Source of the DNA: a virus | Lineage: Duplodnaviria; Caudoviricetes | Length of the DNA: 33,392 nt | Reading direction: 5' to 3' (one strand) | Virus record (IMG/VR): IMGVR_UViG_3300020042_004684 | Coordinates: 1 to 33,392 of that record | In this document: positions 9,208 through 15,913 of the stretch, in pieces | How the letters are laid out: the number at the start of each line of letters is the position of its first letter | Position numbering within the stretch: the first letter of the stretch is position 1 | Notes under the pieces: generated by a model | Told to the model about the DNA's origin: nothing | Database searches by the model: none | Seen by the model: only the letters and a program-made list of their open reading frames with translations | Program-made: the position numbers and the translations under genes

Positions 9208-9491
9208 ACCCTTGGACTTGGTTTGTAGAAAAAATTCTGCCGCCTTTATTTGTAGCAATGGCGGTAGCGGTAGGCTCTGCTTCGGCGCTAATTTGGAAAA
9301 ATGTAAATGATTTGTCTATATCGGTTTCGGTTCAAGAACGAGAAATCCAACTGTTAAAAGTTGGGTTAAAAGAACTGCAATTGCAATCGGTTAGTCGGTC
9401 TGAATTATTGGAAACAATGAAACGGGTAGAGCAGCAGTTAGAAATTATGATGCTTCGCAGTAAATTAACCGGCACAATTGAGGTACGTTAA
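9192..9491 (+). CDS. TM plus coiled-coil hypothetical protein
   Basis: MAEKINPW start; one TM then coiled coil; lysis region. Confidence 0.6.
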   Translation: MAEKINPWTWFVEKILPPLFVAMAVAVGSASALIWKNVNDLSISVSVQEREIQLLKVGLKELQLQSVSRSELLETMKRVEQQLEIMMLRSKLTGTIEVR

Positions 9492-9492
9492 T

Positions 9493-9987
9493 ATGATTGA
9501 ATTACTCGGCGGCGGTATCTTTGGCTCCCTGCTTGGGGGATTATTCCGACTTGCTCCAGAAGTCCTTAAATGGCTTGACAAGAAAAACGAGCGCTCGCAT
9601 GAACTGCAAATGTTTACTCAGCAGTGCCAATTGGAAACCCTGCGCGGTAATCAGAAACTAGCAGAAATCGGGGCGCAGCATGGCGCTACGGTAGATGCTG
9701 GAGTTATGGATGCTTTTAACAGTGCCATTGAACAACAAACCGAAATGGTTAAAGTTGCCGGTGGTTGGGCAGCAAGCCTGTCCGCTTCGGTGCGGCCAGT
9801 AGCAACCTATTGGATTTTGCTTCTTTGGAGCTTTGCCCACATTTGGTTTGCGTGGACTGCATGGGCAACTGGTGCGCCACCAGAAACAGTGTTCAAACTT
9901 ATTATGTCAGCAGATTTTGCCGCGCTGGTATCAGGCACGCTTAACTATTGGTTTCTTGACCGTACATTGTCTAAGCGTGGGCTATGA
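9493..9987 (+). CDS. Putative holin-like membrane protein
   Basis: Hydrophobic N-terminus, SASVRP motif, two C-terminal TMs ending YWFLDR; coupled to the endolysin. Confidence 0.6.
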   Translation: MIELLGGGIFGSLLGGLFRLAPEVLKWLDKKNERSHELQMFTQQCQLETLRGNQKLAEIGAQHGATVDAGVMDAFNSAIEQQTEMVKVAGGWAASLSASVRPVATYWILLLWSFAHIWFAWTAWATGAPPETVFKLIMSADFAALVSGTLNYWFLDRTLSKRGL

Positions 9988-10430
9988 AACTAGACATAGC
10001 CGCCGCGCTGTGTAAACAGTTTGAGGGTTACAGGGCCAAGCCCTACCTCTGCCCTGCCGGTGTCCCTACGATTGGTTACGGAAGCACCTACTATGCTGAC
10101 GGACGCAAGGTGGCTCTGACTGACCCGTCAATGTCTGAGCCGGACGCTGCTGCGCTGTTGCTCCAAGAGTTGCACCACACCTACTTACCTGGCGTCCTGC
10201 GCCAGTGTCCTGTTCTGCTGACCGACGAGCGCAAGTGCAACGCCATTGTTGATTTTGCCTACAACCTTGGCACGGGCCGTTTGCAGACAAGCACCCTCAA
10301 GCGCAAGATTAACGCGCAGGATTGGGACGGAGCCAAAGAACAGTTGATGCTTTGGACTAAAGGCGGTGGTCGGGTGCTACCTGGCTTAGTCAAGCGCCGG
10401 TCTGCTGAAGTTGCATTACTAGCTGCATAG
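9984..10430 (+). CDS. Endolysin, GH24 phage lysozyme
   Basis: FEG.R.KPYLCPAGVPTIGYG, FAYNLG, LPGLVKRR.AE motifs. Confidence 0.95.
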   Translation: MKLDIAAALCKQFEGYRAKPYLCPAGVPTIGYGSTYYADGRKVALTDPSMSEPDAAALLLQELHHTYLPGVLRQCPVLLTDERKCNAIVDFAYNLGTGRLQTSTLKRKINAQDWDGAKEQLMLWTKGGGRVLPGLVKRRSAEVALLAA

Positions 10431-10432
10431 GT

Positions 10433-10514
10433 GGGGGTACTTGCTGCACTGTGACCGTTCTAATCTCGGTGCGATAGCTAGGTCAAGGTATCTCACAGCA
10501 TCCGCTTTCCCCCC
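10433..10514 (-). ncRNA. Candidate structured RNA with loop-E-type motif
   Basis: Minus strand GGGGG-GAA...AGUA-CCCCC closing stem; inner stems CUGUG/CACAG, GAUA/UAUC, ACCG/CGGU. Confidence 0.45.
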
Positions 10515-10519
10515 GTATT

Positions 10520-10747
10520 TTATGGTTTTGGACAATCCTCTGGCACTTTCACGGCAATGTAAATTGGCGTAATAATCCGCTTTTTTGGTTTCTCCCATCT
10601 ATCAATATAAACATCTGGCATAGCGTCTAGGCTTTTCTTGATTGAATTAGGGCTAAAGTTTGTAATGTTGCATATTTGGCTTTTATTTAAGCCATCTTCA
10701 TGTGCGAGTAAAGTGTCTCGGATTAAGTGGTGTCTTGATTTTCTCAT
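10520..10747 (-). CDS. Small putative HTH DNA-binding protein
   Basis: MRKS..MPDVYIDRW..VPEDCPKP; homolog at 26810..27055. Confidence 0.7.
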   Translation of the reverse strand: MRKSRHHLIRDTLLAHEDGLNKSQICNITNFSPNSIKKSLDAMPDVYIDRWEKPKKRIITPIYIAVKVPEDCPKP

Positions 10748-11013
10748 GTGTTCTCCCTTGGTGGTGTGCAAGTGTGGATAACGGTAAGGTCTGCTGTGCG
10801 CTTACCGCAGCGGGGGCAGAAGTTACGCTCCTGCGCTGGCTGCGCCAAAATTTTTAATTGTGCAAGTTCAATTTCAAGACGTTCAATGACCATGCACAAA
10901 ATTCCTTCTTCTGGACTTTCATACTGATGATCAAAATTAATGTGAAAATTCTTAAACACCAGCTCCCCTTCAGTGTTTTCTGAAATTTGACCAAATCTAA
11001 TGATTTTTTTCAT
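10744..11013 (-). CDS. Modular hypothetical protein with C-terminal CxxC..H.C module
   Basis: LAQPAQERNFCPRCGKRTADLTVIHTCTPP shared with 26362..26817. Confidence 0.7.
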   Translation of the reverse strand: MKKIIRFGQISENTEGELVFKNFHINFDHQYESPEEGILCMVIERLEIELAQLKILAQPAQERNFCPRCGKRTADLTVIHTCTPPRENT

Positions 11014-11390
11014 GTGTTCTCCTTTATGCCGTGGGCGGCTTCACGCGCTCCAAGAAATTTCCCGCGAGGTGTGCAAGCCTGAGTGCAAGTTTCGTACTTG
11101 CCGCAACATGGCACAGGTGCGGGTTGCGCTGCGGGTGGGGTGGTGTAGATCAGCGCCCCGTCAAGATCACGCATACGCTTGTGCTGCGACAAGTTTGCAG
11201 ATATATCGTAAGACCATCCAAACTCACTTTCTGGGTCATCAAATACGCACAACTTTCCAAGCGGCTCCTGCGCTGGCTGTGCAAGGGCTTGCTTGATGGC
11301 GGTAAAGTCATCATCAAAGTCATCAAAATATAGACGCTTTGTAATGAATCGCTCTATTCTCTCAAGCGCTATTGTTGCTTCTTTAGTCAT
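11010..11390 (-). CDS. Modular hypothetical protein (AQPAQE family)
   Basis: ATGA coupling; ALAQPAQEP, YTTPPAAQ and AAHGIKENT motifs. Confidence 0.7.
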   Translation of the reverse strand: MTKEATIALERIERFITKRLYFDDFDDDFTAIKQALAQPAQEPLGKLCVFDDPESEFGWSYDISANLSQHKRMRDLDGALIYTTPPAAQPAPVPCCGKYETCTQACTPRGKFLGAREAAHGIKENT

Positions 11391-11719
11391 GTGTTCTCTC
11401 CTGTGATGCGGTGGGCGGCTTCCGCAAACCGAGCGCCCGCCGTGAAAGCGTCCAAATTAAAGCCCCAAGGGGCGCGGTGACCTAATTCAATCTGCTCCTT
11501 TGTCAGCGGCTTGCGCTGTGCTGCCGGTGTGTAAAGACGCGACACTAATTGATCAGCCTTTTTATCGCGCTCAATATCCCATTGGCGGCCAATCTCGACT
11601 CTATACACTAAACCAAAACTTAGGGCTTCGCAGAAAAGTTTTTTTGCGTTTTGTAGCTCCTGCTCTGGCTGTGCCAGCTTGTCCTGCGCTGCTGCTTTCT
11701 TTGATGGATAGCCTGTCAT
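11387..11719 (-). CDS. Modular hypothetical protein (AQPAQE family)
   Basis: MTGYPSKKAAAQDKLAQPEQE start shared with 26362; ends AAHRITGENT. Confidence 0.7.
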   Translation of the reverse strand: MTGYPSKKAAAQDKLAQPEQELQNAKKLFCEALSFGLVYRVEIGRQWDIERDKKADQLVSRLYTPAAQRKPLTKEQIELGHRAPWGFNLDAFTAGARFAEAAHRITGENT

Positions 11720-11940
11720 GTTGTTCCCCTTGCGCGGATGGCGGCGGCTACCATGTGGCAGCCTTGTGCTTCGGCTTCTTTTGCTGCGGCCTCACGCTCA
11801 TCAGCACGGGCTGCTGCTTCTACCAAGGCTTCTTTGATAGCAATGATTTCTTTATCAAACTCACCCGCAAAAATTGAGTCCTCGTGGTTCATTCTTTCAA
11901 ATGTGTCAAGCGCCAGCTTCAATGCTTTATCTTTAGTCAT
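11716..11940 (-). CDS. Hypothetical protein
   Basis: SD AAGGAG; EREA..AIRARGTT end shared with 25756..25986. Confidence 0.7.
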   Translation of the reverse strand: MTKDKALKLALDTFERMNHEDSIFAGEFDKEIIAIKEALVEAAARADEREAAAKEAEAQGCHMVAAAIRARGTT

Positions 11941-12157
11941 GTCTTACTCCTTAATGTTGTGGGCGGCTTTGGTGGCACGATCAGAAAATACCCAGCAAAA
12001 ATAAAACCCCAAAAGCATCGACGCTGTAAACATCCAATCAACGGTTTTCAAAAAAGCCGCGAGAGTCAATAAAATTGCGCTAATGACTGCTGCTGATTTT
12101 CAGTAGCTTGGCGAGCCAATCCAATTCCAAATTGCTTTCATGTCTTACTCCTTAATG
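11937..12157. repeat. 20-bp direct repeat TCATGTCTTACTCCTTAATG
   Basis: Copies at 11937-11956 and 12138-12157; on the minus strand it is an SD plus start codon unit. Confidence 0.85.
11944..12141 (-). pseudogene. Two-TM membrane protein gene with in-frame TGA at codon 14
   Basis: SD AAGGAG plus ATG 12141; reads MKAIWNWIGSPSY*KSAAVISAILL...AAHNIKE-stop; TGA at 12100-12102. Confidence 0.6.
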
Positions 12158-12174
12158 ATCAATAAATTTGTTCA

Positions 12175-12390
12175 TCACTTCCCCCAATACCAAACAGTAA
12201 ACAACATTATTGCTGCGGGCACAGTTATAAAAGCGATCAATCCTTTAAAACTATCAGTAACGTCCTCGTATGGGTCATCTGGCGAACGATGCAAATTTAT
12301 GAACGCCTCGCTCACTTCTTTAGCGCGTTGCTTTCTGATAGGGCAGTCCCGCCCTTGTGTGCATTCACCGTTTGCGTTACAGCAGTTCAT
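12175..12390 (-). CDS. Small Cys-rich protein with C-terminal TM
   Basis: MNCC..C.QGRDCP.RKQR; homolog at 25538..25753. Confidence 0.7.
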   Translation of the reverse strand: MNCCNANGECTQGRDCPIRKQRAKEVSEAFINLHRSPDDPYEDVTDSFKGLIAFITVPAAIMLFTVWYWGK

Positions 12391-12629
12391 TTGTTTCTCT
12401 CCTTTAGCATGGCATCTGCCATTTCGTATGAAGCCTTCGCTATTTCCCCCATCCATCTTTTAGCAATGTCTGATTCGTCGTGAATTGCATCGTCTATTAA
12501 AACCCCTTGCATAGCTAACCCCGCAAAGTGGTCACGCAAGGTCATGCTATGAGCATAACCACCAGTGCGCTCCAACCATGTGGATGCTTCCGCAAATTGC
12601 TCCATTGCTAATGTGTGGGTATCTTTCAT
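12387..12629 (-). CDS. Conserved phage hypothetical protein
   Basis: MTLRDHFAGLAMQG..YEMADAMLKER motif; ATGA coupling. Confidence 0.75.
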   Translation of the reverse strand: MKDTHTLAMEQFAEASTWLERTGGYAHSMTLRDHFAGLAMQGVLIDDAIHDESDIAKRWMGEIAKASYEMADAMLKERNK

Positions 12630-12817
12630 TTGTACTCCTCCATGCGCGTATTCAAACGCTCTATACGGCCTATATTAAGGTCAAGCACCGCCTGGGCATA
12701 CTCTACTGCGCCTTCGGCATCAAGGCGGTCTAAGTGGGCCTGGGCAAGCTCTCGCTGGATAACTTCGGCTGGCGTTAAGTCGCGGTAGTAATCCTTCAGA
12801 AATTTAAGAAATCGCAT
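12626..12817 (-). CDS. Small coiled-coil hypothetical protein
   Basis: Homolog at 25350..25541. Confidence 0.7.
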   Translation of the reverse strand: MRFLKFLKDYYRDLTPAEVIQRELAQAHLDRLDAEGAVEYAQAVLDLNIGRIERLNTRMEEYK

Positions 12818-13085
12818 ACCATTCCCTTTCTTGACGTTTAGCATAAGATTTGACAGTCTTACCTGTCAACCCAACTAGACCATTACGCTCCATTTCGGGC
12901 AAGCGCCTAGCTACTTGGTGTCCGTCCATTACGGCAAAGAAAGCAATCCCGTCTTTACCCAGTGGGCCTTGCTCAATCAAAGTTTTAAGGATTAACGCTG
13001 CATGAGCTTTGGCAAGGTCTTTTGCCTCGTCAGCCGCTTGCCAGCTTGTGATAGGGTCAGTGTTTCTAGCGCGATAGTGTTCCAT
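12804..13085 (-). CDS. Putative winged-helix DNA-binding protein
   Basis: RARNTDPITS..VARRLPEMER..G pattern; near-identical to 25082..25363. Confidence 0.7.
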   Translation of the reverse strand: MEHYRARNTDPITSWQAADEAKDLAKAHAALILKTLIEQGPLGKDGIAFFAVMDGHQVARRLPEMERNGLVGLTGKTVKSYAKRQEREWYAIS

Positions 13086-13093
13086 GATGCCTC

Positions 13094-13330
13094 CTAAAAA
13101 GGTGCTTCAAAGTCATCTTTGGGAAAGCCCTCATCTTTTGGCTTTGGCTCATTGATGTAAGCCCAACCATTCCAGCCGCCTTCCATCAATGGTGTGACAT
13201 CCAGCTTTAGCATATCGCCGCTTTTGGTTTCAATGATTGACCCGATGCGGGTGTAGCGATTCTTTGTTGTACCTTGGGCATTGGTGTATTTGCCGCTGAT
13301 TACGGAAATTTCTTTTTTGATCTTGGACAT
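13094..13330 (-). CDS. Small SSB-like protein
   Basis: Beta-rich, acidic tail ending DDFEAPF; follows ERF and exonuclease. Confidence 0.6.
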   Translation of the reverse strand: MSKIKKEISVISGKYTNAQGTTKNRYTRIGSIIETKSGDMLKLDVTPLMEGGWNGWAYINEPKPKDEGFPKDDFEAPF

Positions 13331-13332
13331 AA

Positions 13333-13980
13333 TTAACCTTCAATGATTGCGTTAAGTTGTTGAATTTGCACGTTTACTTCAGCTAAGAAATTGACAATTT
13401 CCGCTTCCATATCTTGAATAAAAGCATCATCACGGAAAACCCGTTTGACAAACAATTGCGCTTTGGCTGGCATCCTGGGGTCAAATACAACGTAATCGCA
13501 CCAGTCGCGTTCAGTGCAAGCCATCTGGAATTGCATTTGCGTGTTGTACTTGCTAGGCACTTTTCCGGTCAATAGCGTGTCAATCATGGTTGCAGTGTTT
13601 GGGCACTTTATCTCGACCAAGCCAAAAAGCCCAACAAGGCCATCAGGCGAGGCTCCAGCCCACTCAATCTTAGGATGGGGTACGAAGCCTACTTCCTCGA
13701 CCATTTCGCCTGTTTTAGCCTCATACGCAGCCCGTGCAAACGGTTCCTGCTCAGTACCCCATTCCATTGCGGCGTTGGTAAATCCGTCCGCTTTGGTTTG
13801 GGTAAGACGTTCACAGACCAGTTGAGCCATGTAGTTATCGCGGCTGGTGCTGTATCCGCTTTTGGTCTTAGCCATTAGGTCGGCAACCCTGCTGGCGGTC
13901 ACTTTGCCCAGACGGGCGGTAAACCATGAATCCGTGCCTTGTTCAATTAGTCCAAGCCATGCGTTAGGTAAATCAGACAT
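13333..13980 (-). CDS. YqaJ/lambda-exonuclease family recombination nuclease
   Basis: QGTDSWF.ARLGKVTAS, GASPDGLV, VEIKCP, YNTQMQFQM motifs. Confidence 0.93.
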   Translation of the reverse strand: MSDLPNAWLGLIEQGTDSWFTARLGKVTASRVADLMAKTKSGYSTSRDNYMAQLVCERLTQTKADGFTNAAMEWGTEQEPFARAAYEAKTGEMVEEVGFVPHPKIEWAGASPDGLVGLFGLVEIKCPNTATMIDTLLTGKVPSKYNTQMQFQMACTERDWCDYVVFDPRMPAKAQLFVKRVFRDDAFIQDMEAEIVNFLAEVNVQIQQLNAIIEG

Positions 13981-14545
13981 TTTTTAATTCCTTTAAGCGT
14001 TTGTTTTTTACTGCAATGACTTTTGCTTGATACACCTGGTCGCCATCACAGCAGGCATAAGCGCCGGTGTAGGCAAGTTTCAATTCGTCTACGGTTGCAC
14101 AGGTAGCCATAACGGCTAATTGCTCCTCGATAAACCTGACGTTCGGTTCTGACTTTTCTACAACCTCACGCTTGCGGCTGGCTGCGTTGCCATCGTCATC
14201 CTCTGGAGCAATGCCACAAGCTGCCATTAGGCTGTACCTACGGGCGTATGTCAGCGCCGAGCCGTACCCTTGCGGGTCTTGCTTGGCAGCTGGAACGTGC
14301 AGCTTGCCGCACTCAATCATCTCGCCTGATTCGTGAATGAAGATAGTTTCAACAGTCACGCCAGTGAGGTCTTCACTGGTGCGCTGAACAAGAGCAATAC
14401 CAGCCCCATTCAGGCCTTCAATGACTGCCTCTACGCAAGCCGAGAGGTCTGCATATCTGCTTTTGAAGTGCGGGTTAGTGGATGATTTAAGGGCAGGGCC
14501 AAAGGCTTTTTGAGCCTTAACCAATGCTGTTGCTATTTGTTTCAT
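13973..14545 (-). CDS. erf: ERF-family single-strand annealing protein
   Basis: NPHFKSRYADL and QGYGSALTYARRYSL..GI..EDDDG motifs. Confidence 0.92.
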   Translation of the reverse strand: MKQIATALVKAQKAFGPALKSSTNPHFKSRYADLSACVEAVIEGLNGAGIALVQRTSEDLTGVTVETIFIHESGEMIECGKLHVPAAKQDPQGYGSALTYARRYSLMAACGIAPEDDDGNAASRKREVVEKSEPNVRFIEEQLAVMATCATVDELKLAYTGAYACCDGDQVYQAKVIAVKNKRLKELKNV

Positions 14546-14700
14546 AGGTCACCTCCAAAATCTAAGCCACATTTTTCACAAGTAAAGTACCAAATTACCG
14601 CTATGTCGTCATAAGTATGGCGTGTAAGGTCGCCACAATCATTTCCGCATTCGGGGCATTCGTGATCTTCAAGCTCTTTTAAGTTGTTGTTAGTAATCAT
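14542..14700 (-). CDS. Small zinc-ribbon protein
   Basis: CPECG..CEKCG; TAATG coupling; arm A only. Confidence 0.65.
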   Translation of the reverse strand: MITNNNLKELEDHECPECGNDCGDLTRHTYDDIAVIWYFTCEKCGLDFGGDL

Positions 14701-14783
14701 TACAGTGCCCATCCGTAAACTAAAACCCACGCAAGGGAAATGCCGATAAACACGGCGAGAGTGATGTCTTTTGCTTTGTTCAT
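14700..14783 (-). CDS. 27-aa single-TM peptide (not in ORF track)
   Basis: MNKAKDITLAVFIGISLAWVLVYGWAL; homolog at 23514..23600; SD AAGGAG. Confidence 0.7.
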   Translation of the reverse strand: MNKAKDITLAVFIGISLAWVLVYGWAL

Positions 14784-14992
14784 GTTGTTACTCCTTCAGC
14801 GCAATTGATTGCTGTATGTATTTCGTGGTGGATGTCGCCTAGATCAGTGTGCATCCATGTATGCACAGGCCGAAAAAATGCGTAGAGTGAGAATTCGCAG
14901 ATGTTGATTGTTTCTGCCATCATTGCGGGAGTGATTAAGCCTTGGTGTAGGGCTTCCTCGTACTCTGCTTGAAGTAGTGCTATGTCTTTCAT
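14780..14992 (-). CDS. Hypothetical early protein
   Basis: Distant homolog at 23309..23521; ATGA coupling. Confidence 0.7.
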   Translation of the reverse strand: MKDIALLQAEYEEALHQGLITPAMMAETINICEFSLYAFFRPVHTWMHTDLGDIHHEIHTAINCAEGVTT

Positions 14993-15267
14993 GCTGTGTA
15001 CTCCAGTGCGCTTAGTTTGCTGATGCGGGTGTTGATGTCCATCACGGTCTTGTTGAAGTCGGACATTGCCCTTGCTTTTTGTGCCTCCAGCGCGGCGATC
15101 TGCTGCGCTGTTGGGTCGTAGTTGTCGGGGACATCCATCTCAATTTCTTGTTCGCCAACAAAGGTGTAATTTTCTGAATCTACGGGGTAAGCAAAAGGCA
15201 CAAACTTGCCTTCAGACTCAAATGAATATTTACAAAAATAAATACGGATTGTGGTTTTGATTTTCAT
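14989..15267 (-). CDS. Conserved hypothetical early protein
   Basis: Homolog at 23031..23312 (VPDNYDPTAQQIAALE). Confidence 0.8.
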   Translation of the reverse strand: MKIKTTIRIYFCKYSFESEGKFVPFAYPVDSENYTFVGEQEIEMDVPDNYDPTAQQIAALEAQKARAMSDFNKTVMDINTRISKLSALEYTA

Positions 15268-15321
15268 GATGTTTTCCTTAAAGACCCTTGCGGGATTGAT
15301 GGGGCCAAAGCCCCGTTTGGT

Positions 15322-15471
15322 TTAAATTAAGTGCCTTGCTGAGACTGGTATGTAACCGTACTTTTTCCACTCCATCCTAATAAGTGGGCTGTACGGGGTT
15401 TTGTTTTTGTCTGCATTTGCCAATGCTCCATGAGTTTGGCTGCGAACTTTATAAATTTCACTTTTGCTCAT
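15322..15471 (-). CDS. 49-aa first early gene (not in ORF track)
   Basis: MSKSEIYKVRSQ...ARHLI; SD AGGA; same slot as 22441..22698. Confidence 0.6.
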   Translation of the reverse strand: MSKSEIYKVRSQTHGALANADKNKTPYSPLIRMEWKKYGYIPVSARHLI

Positions 15472-15515
15472 TTTGTTTTCCTAAAAAGACCCCGAGAAGT
15501 TCAGGGCATGGCTGA

Positions 15516-15545
15516 ATTATAAATCACATTTGTGTAATTTTATAA
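15516..15545 (-). promoter_or_regulatory. Leftward early promoter with operator
   Basis: TTATAA-18-TATAAT on minus; operator-like ATCACATTTGTGTA (15523-36) in the spacer; conserved in arm B. Confidence 0.7.
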
Positions 15546-15609
15546 GTCTTTTAAAAATATAAATTTATGGGTTTTGTGTTTCCGATAGTTTTTTACAATG
15601 AGCAATGAC

Positions 15610-15627
15610 TACACAATCGTGTATAAT
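15610..15627 (+). promoter_or_regulatory. Operator palindrome overlapping the -10 of the cro-like promoter
   Basis: TACAC-AATC-GTGTA (15610-23) overlapping TATAAT (15622-27); identical in arm B. Confidence 0.7.
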
Positions 15628-15635
15628 TCTATGGG

Positions 15636-15815
15636 ATGGACATCTTAGAAATCGCAATCAAGGCATCGGGCGGCACGGGTCGCCTGGCCTACATCCTGGA
15701 CGTAAAGCAGAACGTGGTGAGCAACTGGCGGCAGCGTGGAGTGCCAAAGGGCTGGGAGCAAGTGCTGCGGTATCGGTTCAAGAAACAGATTGCCGAAGCG
15801 GAAAAATTGGGGTAA
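15636..15815 (+). CDS. Cro/YdaS-like HTH regulator, 59 aa (not in ORF track)
   Basis: MDILEIAIKASGGTGRLAYILDVKQNVVSNWRQRGVP; homolog at 22095..22274. Confidence 0.85.
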   Translation: MDILEIAIKASGGTGRLAYILDVKQNVVSNWRQRGVPKGWEQVLRYRFKKQIAEAEKLG

Positions 15816-15818
15816 AGT
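15790..15818 (+). promoter_or_regulatory. Sigma70 promoter for the replication operon
   Basis: TTGCCG-17-TAAAGT; arm B has TTGCCG-17-TAGAAT. Confidence 0.65.
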
Positions 15819-15823
15819 TAGGG

Positions 15824-15890
15824 CACGGCTACCTTTAGCGGGGGAAAAGACGATTCATCACCGTCCTGCCGATGCTTCTTTTCAGTGATG
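15824..15890 (+). ncRNA. Candidate structured leader RNA with pseudoknot (arm A copy)
   Basis: P1 CGGC/GCCG, P2, GAAAA, P3 GACG/CGUC, loop CAUCAC pairs with downstream GUGAUG; covaries with arm B. Confidence 0.65.
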
Positions 15891-15913
15891 CGAACCGACG
15901 ATGTGAGGTTGAA

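Noticed and set aside
10828-11671. CRISPR array or diversity-generating retroelement
   Set aside because: Repeats are short, in-frame and irregularly spaced; no cas or reverse transcriptase gene; no adenine-specific variation
12100-12102. Genome-wide TGA recoding
   Set aside because: Single case; many genes end in TGA with ATGA coupling
15300-15316. GGGGC/GCCCC hairpin as intrinsic terminator of the early transcript
   Set aside because: No U-tract follows in the sense direction; reported as part of the boundary motif
15605-15838. ORF MTTQSCII... and its twin 22060..22305
   Set aside because: It starts upstream of the -10 box; the overlapping frame encodes a clear Cro-like HTH, which explains the conservation
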